From the human T2T-CHM13v2.0 reference genome, Homo sapiens, in NCBI RefSeq assembly GCF_009914755.1, contig NC_060935.1: 64,000 nt of DNA. One strand, written 5' to 3'. The position numbers were made by a program, and so were the translations under genes. Of the stretch, positions 1 to 11,925 are shown piece after piece (position 1 is the first letter of the stretch; each line of letters begins with the position of its first letter). The notes beneath the pieces were generated by a model that saw only the letters and a list, made by a program, of their open reading frames with translations, was not told where the DNA came from and made no database searches.

Positions 1-750
1 TCATTAGAGAAATGCAAATCAAAACCACAGTGAGATACCATCTCACACCAGTCAGAATGGCTATTATTAAAAAGTAAAAAAATTACAGGTGCTGGCGAGG
101 TTGCAGAGAAAAAGGAATGTTTACACAGTGTTGATTGGGGTGTAAATTAGTTCAACCATTGTGGAAAACCATGTGACGATTCCTCAAAGACCTAAAAATG
201 GAGCTACTATTTGACCCAGCAACCCCATTACTGGTTATATACCCAAAAGAATATAAATCATTCTAACGTAAAGGCACATGCATGCACATGCCCATTGCAG
301 CACTATTAATTGCAAAGACACGAAACCAACATAACGACCCATCATTGGTAGATTGGATAAAGAAAATGTGGTACATACACAGCATGGAATACTATTCAGC
401 CATAAAAAAGAATAAGACCATGTCCTTTGCAGAAACATGGATGGAGCCAGAGGCCATTATCCTTAGCAAACTAGCACAGGAATGGAAAACCAAACACCAC
501 ATGTTCTCACTTCTAAGTGGGAGCTAAATTATGAGAACACACGAACACATAGAGAGGAACAACAGACATGATGGAGGGTGGGAGGTGTGAGAAGATCACA
601 GAAATACTGATGGGTACTAGGCTTAATACCTAGGTGAGGAAATAATCCATACACCAAACCCCTATGTCAGACTTCTAAAATGACACACCTCCATGACACC
701 CCCATAACAAACCTTCACATGTACCACTGAACTTAAAGATTACAAAAAGT
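1..750 (+). mobile_element. LINE-1 3' end (ORF2 C-terminus and 3' UTR), older L1PA13-16/L1PB-like, running off the window start
   Basis: Degenerate ORF2 C-terminal peptide (DWIKKMWYIHSMEYYSAIKKN...HHMFSLLSGS), followed by an L1 3' UTR (ggcttaatacctaggtga...catgtaccactgaacttaaa). Confidence 0.85.
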
Positions 751-904
751 TGTAAACATCTTCACAGTCTATATATGCCTTGCCTTTTGACTTTTTCATT
801 TAAAAAGGGAATTCTCTTATTTTCATTTGATTAATATTTTCAATGGGCTGACAAGAGAGGACTCAGTGTCTTTTCCTGGCATTTCCTGGCACAATCTTTA
901 AAGC

Positions 905-1340
905 CACGGGCATAGGTCTGTATTCAGACACACGTAGGCTTGTATCTCACCATATACAGGTTTGAAAGTCATTATATAGGAGTCTGTATTTGACTGTGCA
1001 CTTGGATCTGTATCCAGCAGCATGTATGTCTCTATGACCATATATAGGTGTGTATCCAGTGATACCTGGGTCTGTATCTAACTGAACACAAAGTCTATAT
1101 ATGAACAGACAGGTTTGTATGTGAAAACACAAAGGTCAGTATTTGATTACGTTTATGATTGCATTTGTATAAGTTTTGCATATGATATCACCCAGTTCTG
1201 TGTCTGTCTACACAGGGGGCTATATCTTGCCATACACTGAGCTGCACTGGACCACACGTGTGTTTATATCTGCCCATACAGGGATTTATTTCGGGCCATT
1301 AACAGGTCTTTATCCAAGACACATGGGTTGTAGTATTATA
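905..1340. repeat. Degenerate ~22-bp tandem repeat (old minisatellite), ~19 units, core GGTCTGTAT
   Basis: Core variants start at 915, 937, 959, 981, 1005, 1027, 1047, 1069, 1092, 1112, 1134, 1173, 1195, 1217, 1239, 1261, 1283, 1305 and 1327, mostly 22 bp apart. Confidence 0.75.
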
Positions 1341-1379
1341 GATATATGCTTGTTAGGAGGGAGGGTAAAGACTAAATTT

Positions 1380-1740
1380 TATAACTATCAAAAAGTTTTT
1401 CAACACAGCTGTAAAATTATATACTTCCACAAGGGACATATGAGAGTTCCAGTTATTCCGCATCCTCAGTAACAGTTGGATTGGTTTTAATGTGCATTTC
1501 CTGGATGACTAAAGATGTTGAGCATATAATTCTTGGCTGGTCTGTTGAACATTAAAAAAAATCATATGGCTTGTCTTGACTTGTAAAACTTCTTAATACA
1601 TTCTAGATACAAGTTCTTATTCAGACATATGTATTGTAAGCATACTCACAATGTATGGCTCGCTTTTTCATATCATTAACAGTTTTTATGAGCCAAAGTT
1701 TTTATTTTGATGAAGTTCAATTTATCAATTTCTTTTGTAT
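1380..1740 (-). mobile_element. Old L1M ORF2 3' fragment
   Basis: Antisense L1M motifs: atgagagttccagtt...catcctc, ggttttaatgtgcatttcc..gatgactaa.gatgttgagcat, ttttgatgaagttcaatttatc. Confidence 0.65.
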
Positions 1741-2080
1741 CCAAGGTGTTTCAGATAGAATATTAACAAAGAAACTTCAGACTTAATCTGCAATAAAGAC
1801 TAAATGGATATAATAAGTATTTACGGAACATTTCATCCAGTGGCTGCAGGAAACATTTTCTTTTCCTTAGCACACAAATCATTCTCAAGGATAGATCATA
1901 TGTTAGGTTACAAAACAAGTCCAAAAACATTCAAAAAATTTGAAATAATATCAATTATTTTCTCTGACAACAATGAAATAAAACTAGAAATTAATAATGA
2001 GAAATTTTGGAAACCATACTAGTACATGGAAATTAAACAAAATGCTCCTGAATAATCAGTGGGGTCCATGAAGAAATTAA

Positions 2081-2260
2081 TTTTGTGGTATTTCCTTTGT
2101 CTTTTTAAAAGGAGGGGCATTTGAAAGACAGTTCCTACTTTCAAATGGTTTTCTAGATTTATATCAATTACCTCTCAGCAGAAATATATCAATGCAAAAT
2201 CTTACTGCATTCTCGTGAACGTAGACTACTATAAAAATAAATTATACTGACTTAAAAAAA
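2081..2260 (+). other. ~180-bp non-L1 insert with AATAAA and a short A-tail (probable retrocopied mRNA 3' end)
   Basis: Interrupts collinear L1 sequence (aagaaattaa | gaagaaaactgataaatttcttgaaac). AATAAA at 2236-2241, then 12 nt, then A7. Confidence 0.55.
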
Positions 2261-4531
2261 GAAGAAAACTGATAAATTTCTTGAAACAAATAATGGAAAC
2301 AAGTATACCAAAATCTATCAAATACAGAGAAAGCATTACTCAGATGGAAGTTTATAGCTATAAGTGCTTACATCAAAAAAACCCCTTCAAATAAACAAGT
2401 GAACAAAGCATCTTAAAGGAGTAGAAAAGCAAGAGGAAATAAAGCCAAAAACTAGAAGAAAAGAAATGATAAGGATCACAGCAGAAATAAATAAATAAAA
2501 ATACAAAATATCAATGAAACAAAAGGTTTTTTTTTAAAGTTAAACAAAATTGATAGAACTTAACCAGAGTAACTGAGGAAAAAGATCCAAATGAATAAAA
2601 TCAGAAATGAAAAAGGAGACATTAAAATTGATACTGCATAAATTCGAAGGATCATTAGTGGTTACTATGAACAATTATATACCAATAAATTGGAAAATCT
2701 ATAAGAAATGGACAAATTCCTAGATGCAAATAACCTACCAAGATTGAATGAGGAAGAAATCCAAAACCTGAGCAGCCTCCAAGTAAAGAAAAGCCCAGGA
2801 GCTGATAGCTTCACATCTGAATTCTACTAAACATTTAAAAAAGAATTAATGCCAATCCTACTCAAACTATTCTGAAGAATAGAGGAGTAAGGAATATTTT
2901 CAAACTTATTCTGAGGCCACTATTACCCTGATACTGAAACCAGACAAGGATATATCAACAACAACAACAACAAACAAAACTACAGGCCAATATCTCTGAT
3001 GAATATTGAAGCAAAAACCCTCAACAAAATACTAGCAAACTGAATTCAACAATTCATCATTCATCATGACCAAGTGGGATTTATCCCTGGGATTTCAACA
3101 TATGTAAATCAATCAGTGTGATACATCATATCAGCAGAGTGAAGGGTAAAAACCATATGATCATTTCAACTGATGCTGAAAAAGTATTTGATAAAATTCA
3201 ACATCCCTTCATGATAAAGCCCTGAAAAAGCTGGGGGTAGAAGGAAAATACCTCAACATAATAAAAGCTATATATGGGAGATCCACAGCTAGTCTCATAG
3301 TGAATGGTGAAACGTGGAAAACCTTTCTTCTCAGATCTGGAACACGAAGATGCCCACTGTCCACACTGTTATTCAGCACAGTACTGGAAGTCCTAGCTAG
3401 AGCAATTAGACAAAAGAAAGATATAAAGGGAATGCAAATTGGAAAGGAAGAAGTCAAATTATCTTCGTTTGCTGATGATATGATCTTATATTTGGAATAA
3501 CCACAACAAAACTATTAGAAATAATAAATTCCATAGTTTCAGGACACCAAGTCAACATATAAAAGTCAGTAGAATGTCTATATTCCAACAGTGAGCAATG
3601 TGAAAAAGAACAAATAATCCCATTTAAAAAAACAACACATTAAATTAAATACCTAGGAATTAATTTATCCAAAGAAGTGGAAGATCTCTATAATGAAAAC
3701 TGTAAACACTGATTAAGGAAACTGAAGAAGACACACACAAAAAAGGGAAAATATTTGATGTTCATGGATTGGAAGAAACAATTTTGTTAAAATGTCCATA
3801 CTACCCAAAGCAACCTACAGATTGAATACAATCCCTATCAAAATACCAGTGACGTTCTTCACAAAAATAGAAAAAAACTATCCCAAAATTTACATGGAAT
3901 CACTAAAGATGCAGACTAGCCAAAGCTATCCTGAGCAAAAGAACCAAATTGGAGGAATCACGTCACCTGACTTCATATTATGCTACAGAGATATAGTAAA
4001 CAAAATGGGACAGTACTGGCCTGAAAACAGACACATAGACCAATGGAACAGAATGGAGAACCCAGAAACAAATCCACACACCTACGGTGAACTCATTTTC
4101 AACAAAGGTGCCAAGAACATATGCTGGGGAAAAGACAGTTTCTTCAACAAATAATGCTGGGAAAACTGGATGTCCACATGTAGAAGAATGAAGCTAGATC
4201 TCTATTTTTCTCCAAATACAAGAAATCTAATTAAAATGGATTAAATAGTTAAATTTAAGACCTGAAAATATGAAACTACTACAAGATAACATTGGGGAAA
4301 CTCTCTTGGACATTGGTCTGTGCAAAGATTTCTTGAGCAATATTTCCCTAGCACAGAAAGGCAAGTAAAAATGGACAAATGGGATCACATCAAGTTAAAA
4401 AGCTTCCACACAGCAAAGGATACAACCAACAAAGTGAAGAGACAACTCATAGAATGGGTGAAGATATTTGCAAACTGCCCATCTGACAAAGAATTAATAA
4501 TGACAATGTAGAAGGAGCTCAAACAACTCTA

Positions 4532-4836
<305 letters not shown>

Positions 4837-5751
4837 TCTAATAAGCCAATGAAAAAATGAGCAAAATATTAGGGAATCCTAATACACTGTTCATGGGAAT
4901 GTACATTAGTACACCTACTATAGAAAACAGTTTGAAGATTTTTCAGAAAACTAAAAATTGAGCAACTATATGATCCAGTAATCCCTTTGCTCAATGTATA
5001 CCTAAAAGAAAGGAAATTAGTATATCAAAGAGATATTGGCCTTCGCATGTTTTTTTCAGCACTATTCGCAATAGCCAAAATTTGGAAGCAACTTATGTGT
5101 CCATTGACAGATAAATAGATAAAGAAAATGTGGTACTTATATATAATGGAGTACTATTCAGCCATTAAAAAGAATGAGATTCACTCATTTGCAACAACAT
5201 GGATAAGACCAGAGGTCATTAGATTATGTGAAGCAATCCAGGCAAAGAAAGACAAACATCATGATATCTAACTTATTTGTGGGATCTAAAATTCAAAACA
5301 ATTGAACTTATGGATGTGGAGAATAGAAGGATGGTTACCAGAAGCTAGGAAGGGTAGCGGGGAGGTGAGAGGGTGGGAGATAAGGATAGTTAATGGGTAC
5401 AAAAATAATCAGAAAGAGTGTATAAGACTTACTACTTGATAGCACAAAAGGGTGACTATGGTCGAAAATATGTTAATTGTACATTTAAAAATAACTAAAA
5501 GAGTATAAGTGGATTGTTTGTAATGCAAAGGGTAAATGCTTGAGGGGATGGATACCCCATTTTTCATGATGTGATTATTATGCATTGCATGCCTGTATCC
5601 AAACATGTAATGTACCACATAAATATACAGAACTACTATGCACCCACAAAAATTAAAAATTAAAATTTTAAAAAAGTATGTATATTCTGCAGCTTTTGGG
5701 CACATTGTTCTCTTATGTAAATTGGTCAAATTTGTTAATGGTGTTGATTAA

Positions 5752-6190
5752 ACCTCCCCTGCCCTCCCCTCCCCACTCCCTTCCCCATCCCTTCCCCCTC
5801 CCTTTCCCCTCCCTTCCCCCTCCCTTCCCTCTTCCACTTCCCCCTTCCTTCCCCCTTCCCTCTCCCCCTTCCCCCTTCCCTTCCACACACCTACAGTGAA
5901 CTCATTTTCAACAAATGTGCCAAGAACATATGCTGGGGAAAAGACATATGCTGGGGAAAAGTTTCTTCAACAAATAGTGCTGGGAAAACTGGATGTCCCC
6001 ATGTAGGAGAATGAAACTAGATCTCTATTTTTCTCCAAATAGAAAAGTCTAATTAAAATGGATTAAAGACTTAAATTCCCCCTTCCCTTCCCCCTTCCCT
6101 TCCCCCTTCCCTTCCCCCTTCCCTTCCCCCTTCCCTTCCCCCTTCCCTTCTCCCTTCCCTTCTCCTTTACCTTCCCTTCTCTTCTCTCTT
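5752..6190. repeat. Polypyrimidine (CCCTT/CCCCCTT)n tract split by a 196-bp L1 copy
   Basis: Nearly pure C/T runs at 5752-5882 and 6078-6190. Probably an expanded tail of the adjacent antisense Alu monomer. Confidence 0.9.
5882..6077 (+). repeat. Local copy of L1 segment 4073-4255, with an internal 18-bp tandem duplication
   Basis: Near-identical to 4073-4255. ACATATGCTGGGGAAAAG occurs at 5926-5943 and again at 5944-5961. Confidence 0.85.
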
Positions 6191-6290
6191 GCTATATTGC
6201 CCATGCTAAACTCAAACTCTTAGGCTGAAGTGATACTCCCACCTCAGCCTTCCAAGTAGCTAGGACAGAGAAACATGTCACCATATCCTT
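6187..6290 (-). mobile_element. Alu monomer (FLAM/AluJ-like)
   Basis: tcttgctatattgcccatgct..ctcaaactctt.ggctgaagtgat.ctcccacctcagccttccaagtagct. Confidence 0.7.
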
Positions 6291-6344
6291 CTTTGTTGCT
6301 TGTTAGTTTTTTAAATGCTTTGAAGTACATTTTTTGCCTCTTTT

Positions 6345-6853
6345 CAGATGAGACTTTGGACTTGGAGTTTGGGCTAATGCCAGAATGAATTAAGACATCG
6401 AGGGACCATTAGGAAGGCATAAGTGTCTCTTTAAAATATGAAAGAGACATGAGATTTGGGAGGGGCCCAGGGTAGAATGATGTGATTAGACTTTGTGTCC
6501 CCACCCAAATCTCATCTTGAATTGTAATCCCCATAATCCCCACATGTCTAGGGAGAGAAAATGTGGAGGTAATTGAATCATGGGGGTAGTTTCCCCCATG
6601 CTGTTCTCGTGATAGTGAGTTTTCATGAGATCTGATGGTTTTATAAAGGGGCTCTTTTCCCTTTGTTTAGCACTTATCCTTCCTGCCACCCTGTGAGGAT
6701 GGTGCCTTGCTTTCCCTTTGCCTTCGGCTATAATAGTAAGTTTCCTGAGGCCTCCCAAGACATGCTGAATTGTGAGTCAATTAAACCTCTTTCCTTTATA
6801 AATTACCCAGTCTCAGGCAGTTCTTTATAGCAGTGTAAAAATGGACTGATACT
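6345..6853 (+). mobile_element. ERVL-MaLR THE1D/MSTA-like: end of internal region (6345-6477) plus LTR (6478-6853)
   Basis: Internal end catgagatttgggaggggcccagggtagaa, then LTR tga...tgtgtccccacccaaatctcatcttgaattgtaatcccc...caattaaacctctttcctttataaattacccagtctc...ggactgatac. Confidence 0.9.
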
Positions 6854-7296
6854 GTAGAGGATTGAATTAATGGACTAATGATCATTATGGTTGCATATGA
6901 CACAGATTCAGGTTTTGATTGAAAACCTCTTCTCCAACCTAAAACTGTACAACTATGATTACCTCTTTTTCTAAGTGTTAGAATCTCAACTTCAGTTCTG
7001 AGGCTCTCTGCCTGTAAGTCTCAGGCTTCTTAGGCACAGACTTTCTATTAACAAAGTTAGGTCCTCCTTGCTGAGGGAGTGATTAGGTAAGAGAATCTGG
7101 GGCTGGTTTCCTCGTTATTCTGGCTTAAATATTACTGGCTTTACCTCAGTATTTCATAATGTAAAACATAATTTATTGTTCAATTTACTTTAGCATTTCT
7201 TTTTTCACATTACAAGATTTTCACATTACTTGGCATTCAGTTACTCTTTCTTGACAAAAGCCAAGTCTTTTTCCTTGGCAAGAACCAAGTATTTTT

Positions 7297-7958
7297 CCCC
7301 TAGGGATTGTTCTCTAGAAGAAAAGTGTTCATTTGAATTTGTTCCAAATATTATAATTAATCTATAAATGCCTTACGGTCTTTTTAATTAAAAATATTGA
7401 TGATGTAAAAGTTATAGACTATGTCTACACATATAAATGGAAGATTTCTTTTCCTGATAGAATAACCTATGAGATAGATAGGTTAAACATTAAAATTTCT
7501 GCCCAAGCTACAGTATGTCTTCAACTGGTATCTAGTCCTCTAGATGGGTTGTTTTATTTCATCCACCTTTGTTTGTAAAAATTTGTAGAAGATCTCAATT
7601 TCCTGGAATGAGATTGGGGAGATATAGAGACATGCCTTTAATCAGAAAAGAAGTGGTCTTAGGAATATACTATTTGAATGACTGAAAGACTGAAGAGTTC
7701 TGCTTCTGCCCGTAAGAAAGTTTGTCATTGACTTTTTCACAGTTAAATCCCAGCATTTCCTTGTTAGCTATAGAGCTAAATAGCTGGGCACATGAATGTT
7801 ATAAATCCTTGATCACAGTAAAATATTCATGGTTGCTTCACCATTATTGACAGAGAAGTTACAAATTCAAGAAACAAATTTTGGTGTTGACAAATTTTTT
7901 GTTGGCTTACTTGGGTGACCAGATAATGGGAATGTCCAGGTTAATTTCCACTAATTAG
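7297..7958 (+). promoter_or_regulatory. Candidate OR promoter region: O/E(EBF)-like CCCCTAGGGA, TATAAA and a TAATT homeodomain pair
   Basis: Motifs at 7297-7306, 7800-7805 and 7941-7958. The last two lie in blocks identical in unit 2. Function is inferred only. Confidence 0.3.
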
Positions 7959-9720
7959 GTCAATATTTATATAGTCATGCAAAGAAATTATCTCTGTTTT
8001 TCTATGAAGAAATTTTCCAGGGGATGTAAAATTTTAACTACCTTTGTACAGTAGATTCTGACATTATATTTAAGTATCTTTATATTTTGGACTTCTGCTC
8101 TGTATACCTTTATACTTTTCTGAAAGATTGAGATAATAGAAAGCCTTTGTGGAAATATGGAAATTGTCCCACTAGGAGATATTTCTAGATCCATGGACCA
8201 GCCATACATTTTTCACGTGTTTTAAGAACACAAATAGATGCATGAGATATCTTCAGTAACCCTCAGTGAAAGAAGCTTTGCTTTTCTGGACCAAGGACAA
8301 GACCCAAGATGTGAGTTTTTGAAGCAACTGACAAGGGATACTCACTGAAACTTCCTGTAATGTTTTGAAATATAGCTAAAGTCTTAAATCTCACATGTTT
8401 TCATTGGAGGAATCTTAATTGGGAAAATTAAGGAAGCAAAACACAGACATTAATCAGAGTATACAAGTATATTTGGTTTTCATATATAGCCTTATAAGTG
8501 TTTATTTTCTAATTTGCCAAGTAACAGGAGAAACATGTTCCATGTTACACATAAAATAAGTAAACCAATAGATTTATAATCTATTATGTAGAATATTTTA
8601 TTATGTGATACATTAACATAGGTATAGAATTATTTTTAGATATATTTGATTGGAAAATTTAAAATTACAGACTATATCAAATGTGTTAGAGTGTAAAGAA
8701 ATCAATGCCTAATATGTTCTGGAAGCATGATATGGTCTTTTATGTGTGAATCTAAAAATTATCTCAGCATATACAAGTTCAGGAAAGTATTGAGTACTAT
8801 TCTTTAGAGAGATTTACAAAACCATATTGTTTTATAAATTTTATCTATAAGGGATTGTTTTTATTACTATGGGATTTTATCATTTGAAAAAGTCACGTTC
8901 TTCGGAAGCTGTGTTAAGTTTTTTTTGTCTAGAAAAGTGTTAACTTAGTTATTTTTGTTGAGTGCCAAGTAATATTATCTTTCAGTTTTTAAAGTATTAA
9001 ATCTTTGATGACTTAAGCTAAAGAGGATAGTTTACATATCCTGGTTTTTACAAGTAAACATCTAAACTGCCCAAGAGAAGATTTATCCTGGTGAAATTTA
9101 TCAGTGATGATTAAAGAGAGAAAAGGAACTAAATCTTGCAGCAAGTAAGTTGTGAAAAAAAGAGAATGGGCTATAGGTTTTATTATACCCTTGTGTTCTT
9201 CAACAGATGTGCGTTTGTTAGTCTGTAACTTCAGCAGTGACAGAACTCTAGAATAAGCTGGAAGTGGTAATGTGAATGAGACATGTGGAACGTTTATCAC
9301 AAATGGCTTCTAAGGAAACTCAAACTCTCTCTGCACACATCCTCCTTCACTGTCAGATCTATGTAAATGGAATCATCTTGTCTACGTTTGAGATTTAGTA
9401 ATTCTGTAGTTTTCCTCAGCAGTGAATATCACAAAGTTTGGGTTTGTATCTCTACTTGTCCCATTTTTTTTTCTTTAAGTTTGTCCTTAACTGTCAGATC
9501 TAGAAACGCTAAGAGATCAATGTTGTTTTTATTTTTCTTTTTGAATTGTCTTTTCTTTTCTTTTTTTTTTTTTAACTGGGATCTGGTCAATGTCTATTTG
9601 TTATGGCTATTACCAAAGCCTCCTGAGTCACGCAGGGACCCACAGGAGGTTGTGCTTCCAGTATTTCCTCACTAAAATAAATTTTTCTGAAGAAAATTTT
9701 TAGCAGAAAACTAGCCTCAC

Positions 9721-9886
9721 TTTTTTTTTTTTTTTTGAGATAGTCTCACTCGGTCACCCAAGCTGCAGTACAGTAGCATGATCCTGGCTCACTGCAACCT
9801 CTGCCTCCTGGGTTCAAGTGATTCTCATGTCTCAGCATCTTGAGTAGCTGGGATAGCAGGTGTGTACCACCATGCCTAGCTAATTT
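9721..9886 (-). mobile_element. Alu right-arm fragment (5'-truncated)
   Basis: T16-gagatagtctcactc...ccaccatgcctagctaattt, with short TSD ctcactt. Absent at the unit 2 paralogous site (~23205). Confidence 0.9.
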
Positions 9887-10274
9887 GTCTCACTTAATTA
9901 TGAAATTAATCATCTTATTTCCTGTGAATATTAATGTATTTACTATAATTTCTCTTTTTTTCTGATTTGACCCCATTTTCTTTCATTTTCTACCATTTAG
10001 CTCTCCTGCCGATGATCAGTTCAACTTTTTTTTAAACTACAATTCTGCTTGCTTCTCATTAAGGTACATTTCATTACAGGTAAGATCACTACTCCTACAT
10101 AATTAAATATGTAATTACTAAGACATACAATTTTATTGTGTGCCCCAAAAGGTTTTCCTGAATTATAAGTGTTTAATTCTTTTTAACCTAGACTATGTCT
10201 ATAAATCTTTTCAAGTTGACAAAGATTCACATGATTTGTTCTATCTTCAAAGTGAAGCATTCAAGAACATTGAT

Positions 10275-10552
10275 AATAACTGTAATTTATTGAGTCCTTA
10301 CTAGGTGCCAGCCAGTGTTCTAGGCACTTTACTTTCTTTTATAAATCAACAGTTCACTTGAGTTCAAAATTAATTGCTGAAAATTAAGCAATTAAGAATT
10401 AATGACTATTGGGATCCCCATTCTACAAATGATGAAAGTAAGGGTCAGAGAGCTTTAGTAAATGGCCCAAAGTCTCATAAAAAATGGTGAACATGAGGTT
10501 GTAGCTGAAGAAATGTGGCTCCAGTGTCCACATTATTCACAACATGCTACAC
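10275..10552 (-). mobile_element. MIR (paralogous copy at ~24100-24318)
   Basis: atttattgagtccttactaggtgccag, ccccattctacaaatgatgaaa and gtaaatggcccaaagtc are antisense MIR core motifs. Confidence 0.75.
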
Positions 10553-11479
10553 TTTCCCTTTGAGGATGTCTTGGATCTTAAATAGGTGCATACTCAGTGA
10601 GAAGCTTAGAGTCACTACTCACTGTAATAATAAAACCCATTGTCCCGCAGACTACCATTTTTCATGTAACAGTCATGAGCTTGGAAAATTTTTATTTAAT
10701 TATATATTTATAAAAAAAGAAAATTGTCAGCAGAATACCATAAACGAGAGATGCACTAATAGTTCTGTAGATAGTTCACTAGAAAGGATTCTGAATTTCT
10801 CAAATTTAATCCCATTGTTTTCCAGTGAGTAAACTGAGACAGACTTGTAATTGCATTCAAAAAGTGACTCAAATCCTTGTCTTCTTACATGGAATTTGGA
10901 ATTTCTCTTAGAGTATGCTTCTTCTTGGAATCTGGTAGCTAAGATTCTATTTTTGAGTTCTTTTGGTATCTAAATAGTGTTATGAATAAAACCATGTCCT
11001 ACTGTTCTGTACCTCTTTCTATAGTGTCTATTTTCTCCTCTCTCACTACCTAGCTCATCTCAAGAATTCATTAAAAAATAAACATGGCATATTTGGTGAT
11101 AGTCATGAGTTAGTTCACTTGAGTTCAAATTAATTAAAATTAAGATATTGTATGTAAGTGTTGAAAAAATTGGGGTATAGGCAAGGATAAAATGGAGAGA
11201 ATCACAGCTCCTTATAAGTTGGACAAGGAGTCAGACCAAGTAATCACTACAGGGAACAATGTGATAAATAATATAGCTATTTATACATTTCAGAGTCATG
11301 TCTTCTGACATTTAATGAAAGACAAATAAAGACTGAACATACTTTGAGGCATGAAGGAATGAAGGTCTAATAGTAGAAGGCCAGAGTACTGAGTGACATA
11401 TTTCAGAAGATGTTATTCTTGGTGCTGCACAGATCATATTATAAAGATACCACACATACAAACACAAAGGACTATATCT

Positions 11480-11620
11480 ATGTCAATTATTTATTTAGAA
11501 TTTGTTACCACCATCAGAGAGTAAGTCATTTGAGACCAAGAACCTGTCGCCTATTCATCATAGCTGAATTCTGTGCCAAGAAAAATGTTTTAAATAAGAA
11601 GTTATAAAATGTATGAATGG
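11480..11620 (+). mobile_element. L2 3' fragment (paralogous copy ~25255-25390)
   Basis: Degenerate L2 tail: gtaagtcatttgagaccaagaacctgtc..tattcatc...aaatgtatgaatgg. Confidence 0.45.
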
Positions 11621-11854
11621 CTTTTGGGACTTTAACACTTCTTCTGTATAGAATATTCACTAAAACTTAGAGGTAGAAGCCTTTACCTGTCGCAGAAATG
11701 AAAATCTTTGTGGAGAAATAGAATTGTCAAGGGAAGATGGACTCTGGATGAGAAACACAATAGAGACTTACTGCATGTTTATTGTGTGTAAATCACTATT
11801 GAGGATACAACAATGAAAATATGCTCTGTGACACAATGGATGTAATCATGTTCC

Positions 11855-11875
11855 CGTTCACTATTTCATTACAGG
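11855..11875 (+). promoter_or_regulatory. Putative 3' splice acceptor of the OR coding exon
   Basis: cactatttcattacAG|G (AG at 11873-11874), 51 nt before the ATG. The same spacing is seen in unit 2 (AG at 25614-25615). Confidence 0.5.
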
Positions 11876-11925
11876 TCTTGTTCTCCTGAGCTCTCACCTC
11901 TGATACAAGCCTGAAAGAAGAGTAA

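Noticed and set aside
905-1340. CRISPR-like array
   Set aside because: The DNA is mammalian, the repeats are degenerate and contiguous with no unique spacers, and there are no cas genes.
5678-5899. Proline-rich 73-aa ORF
   Set aside because: It is a translation of the C/T simple repeat.
9367-9675. Paralogous ~100-aa ORFs (9367-9675 and 22936-23286) as a novel small membrane protein family
   Set aside because: The similarity follows from the unit duplication. Starts and stops differ, and the hydrophobicity comes from T-rich low-complexity sequence.
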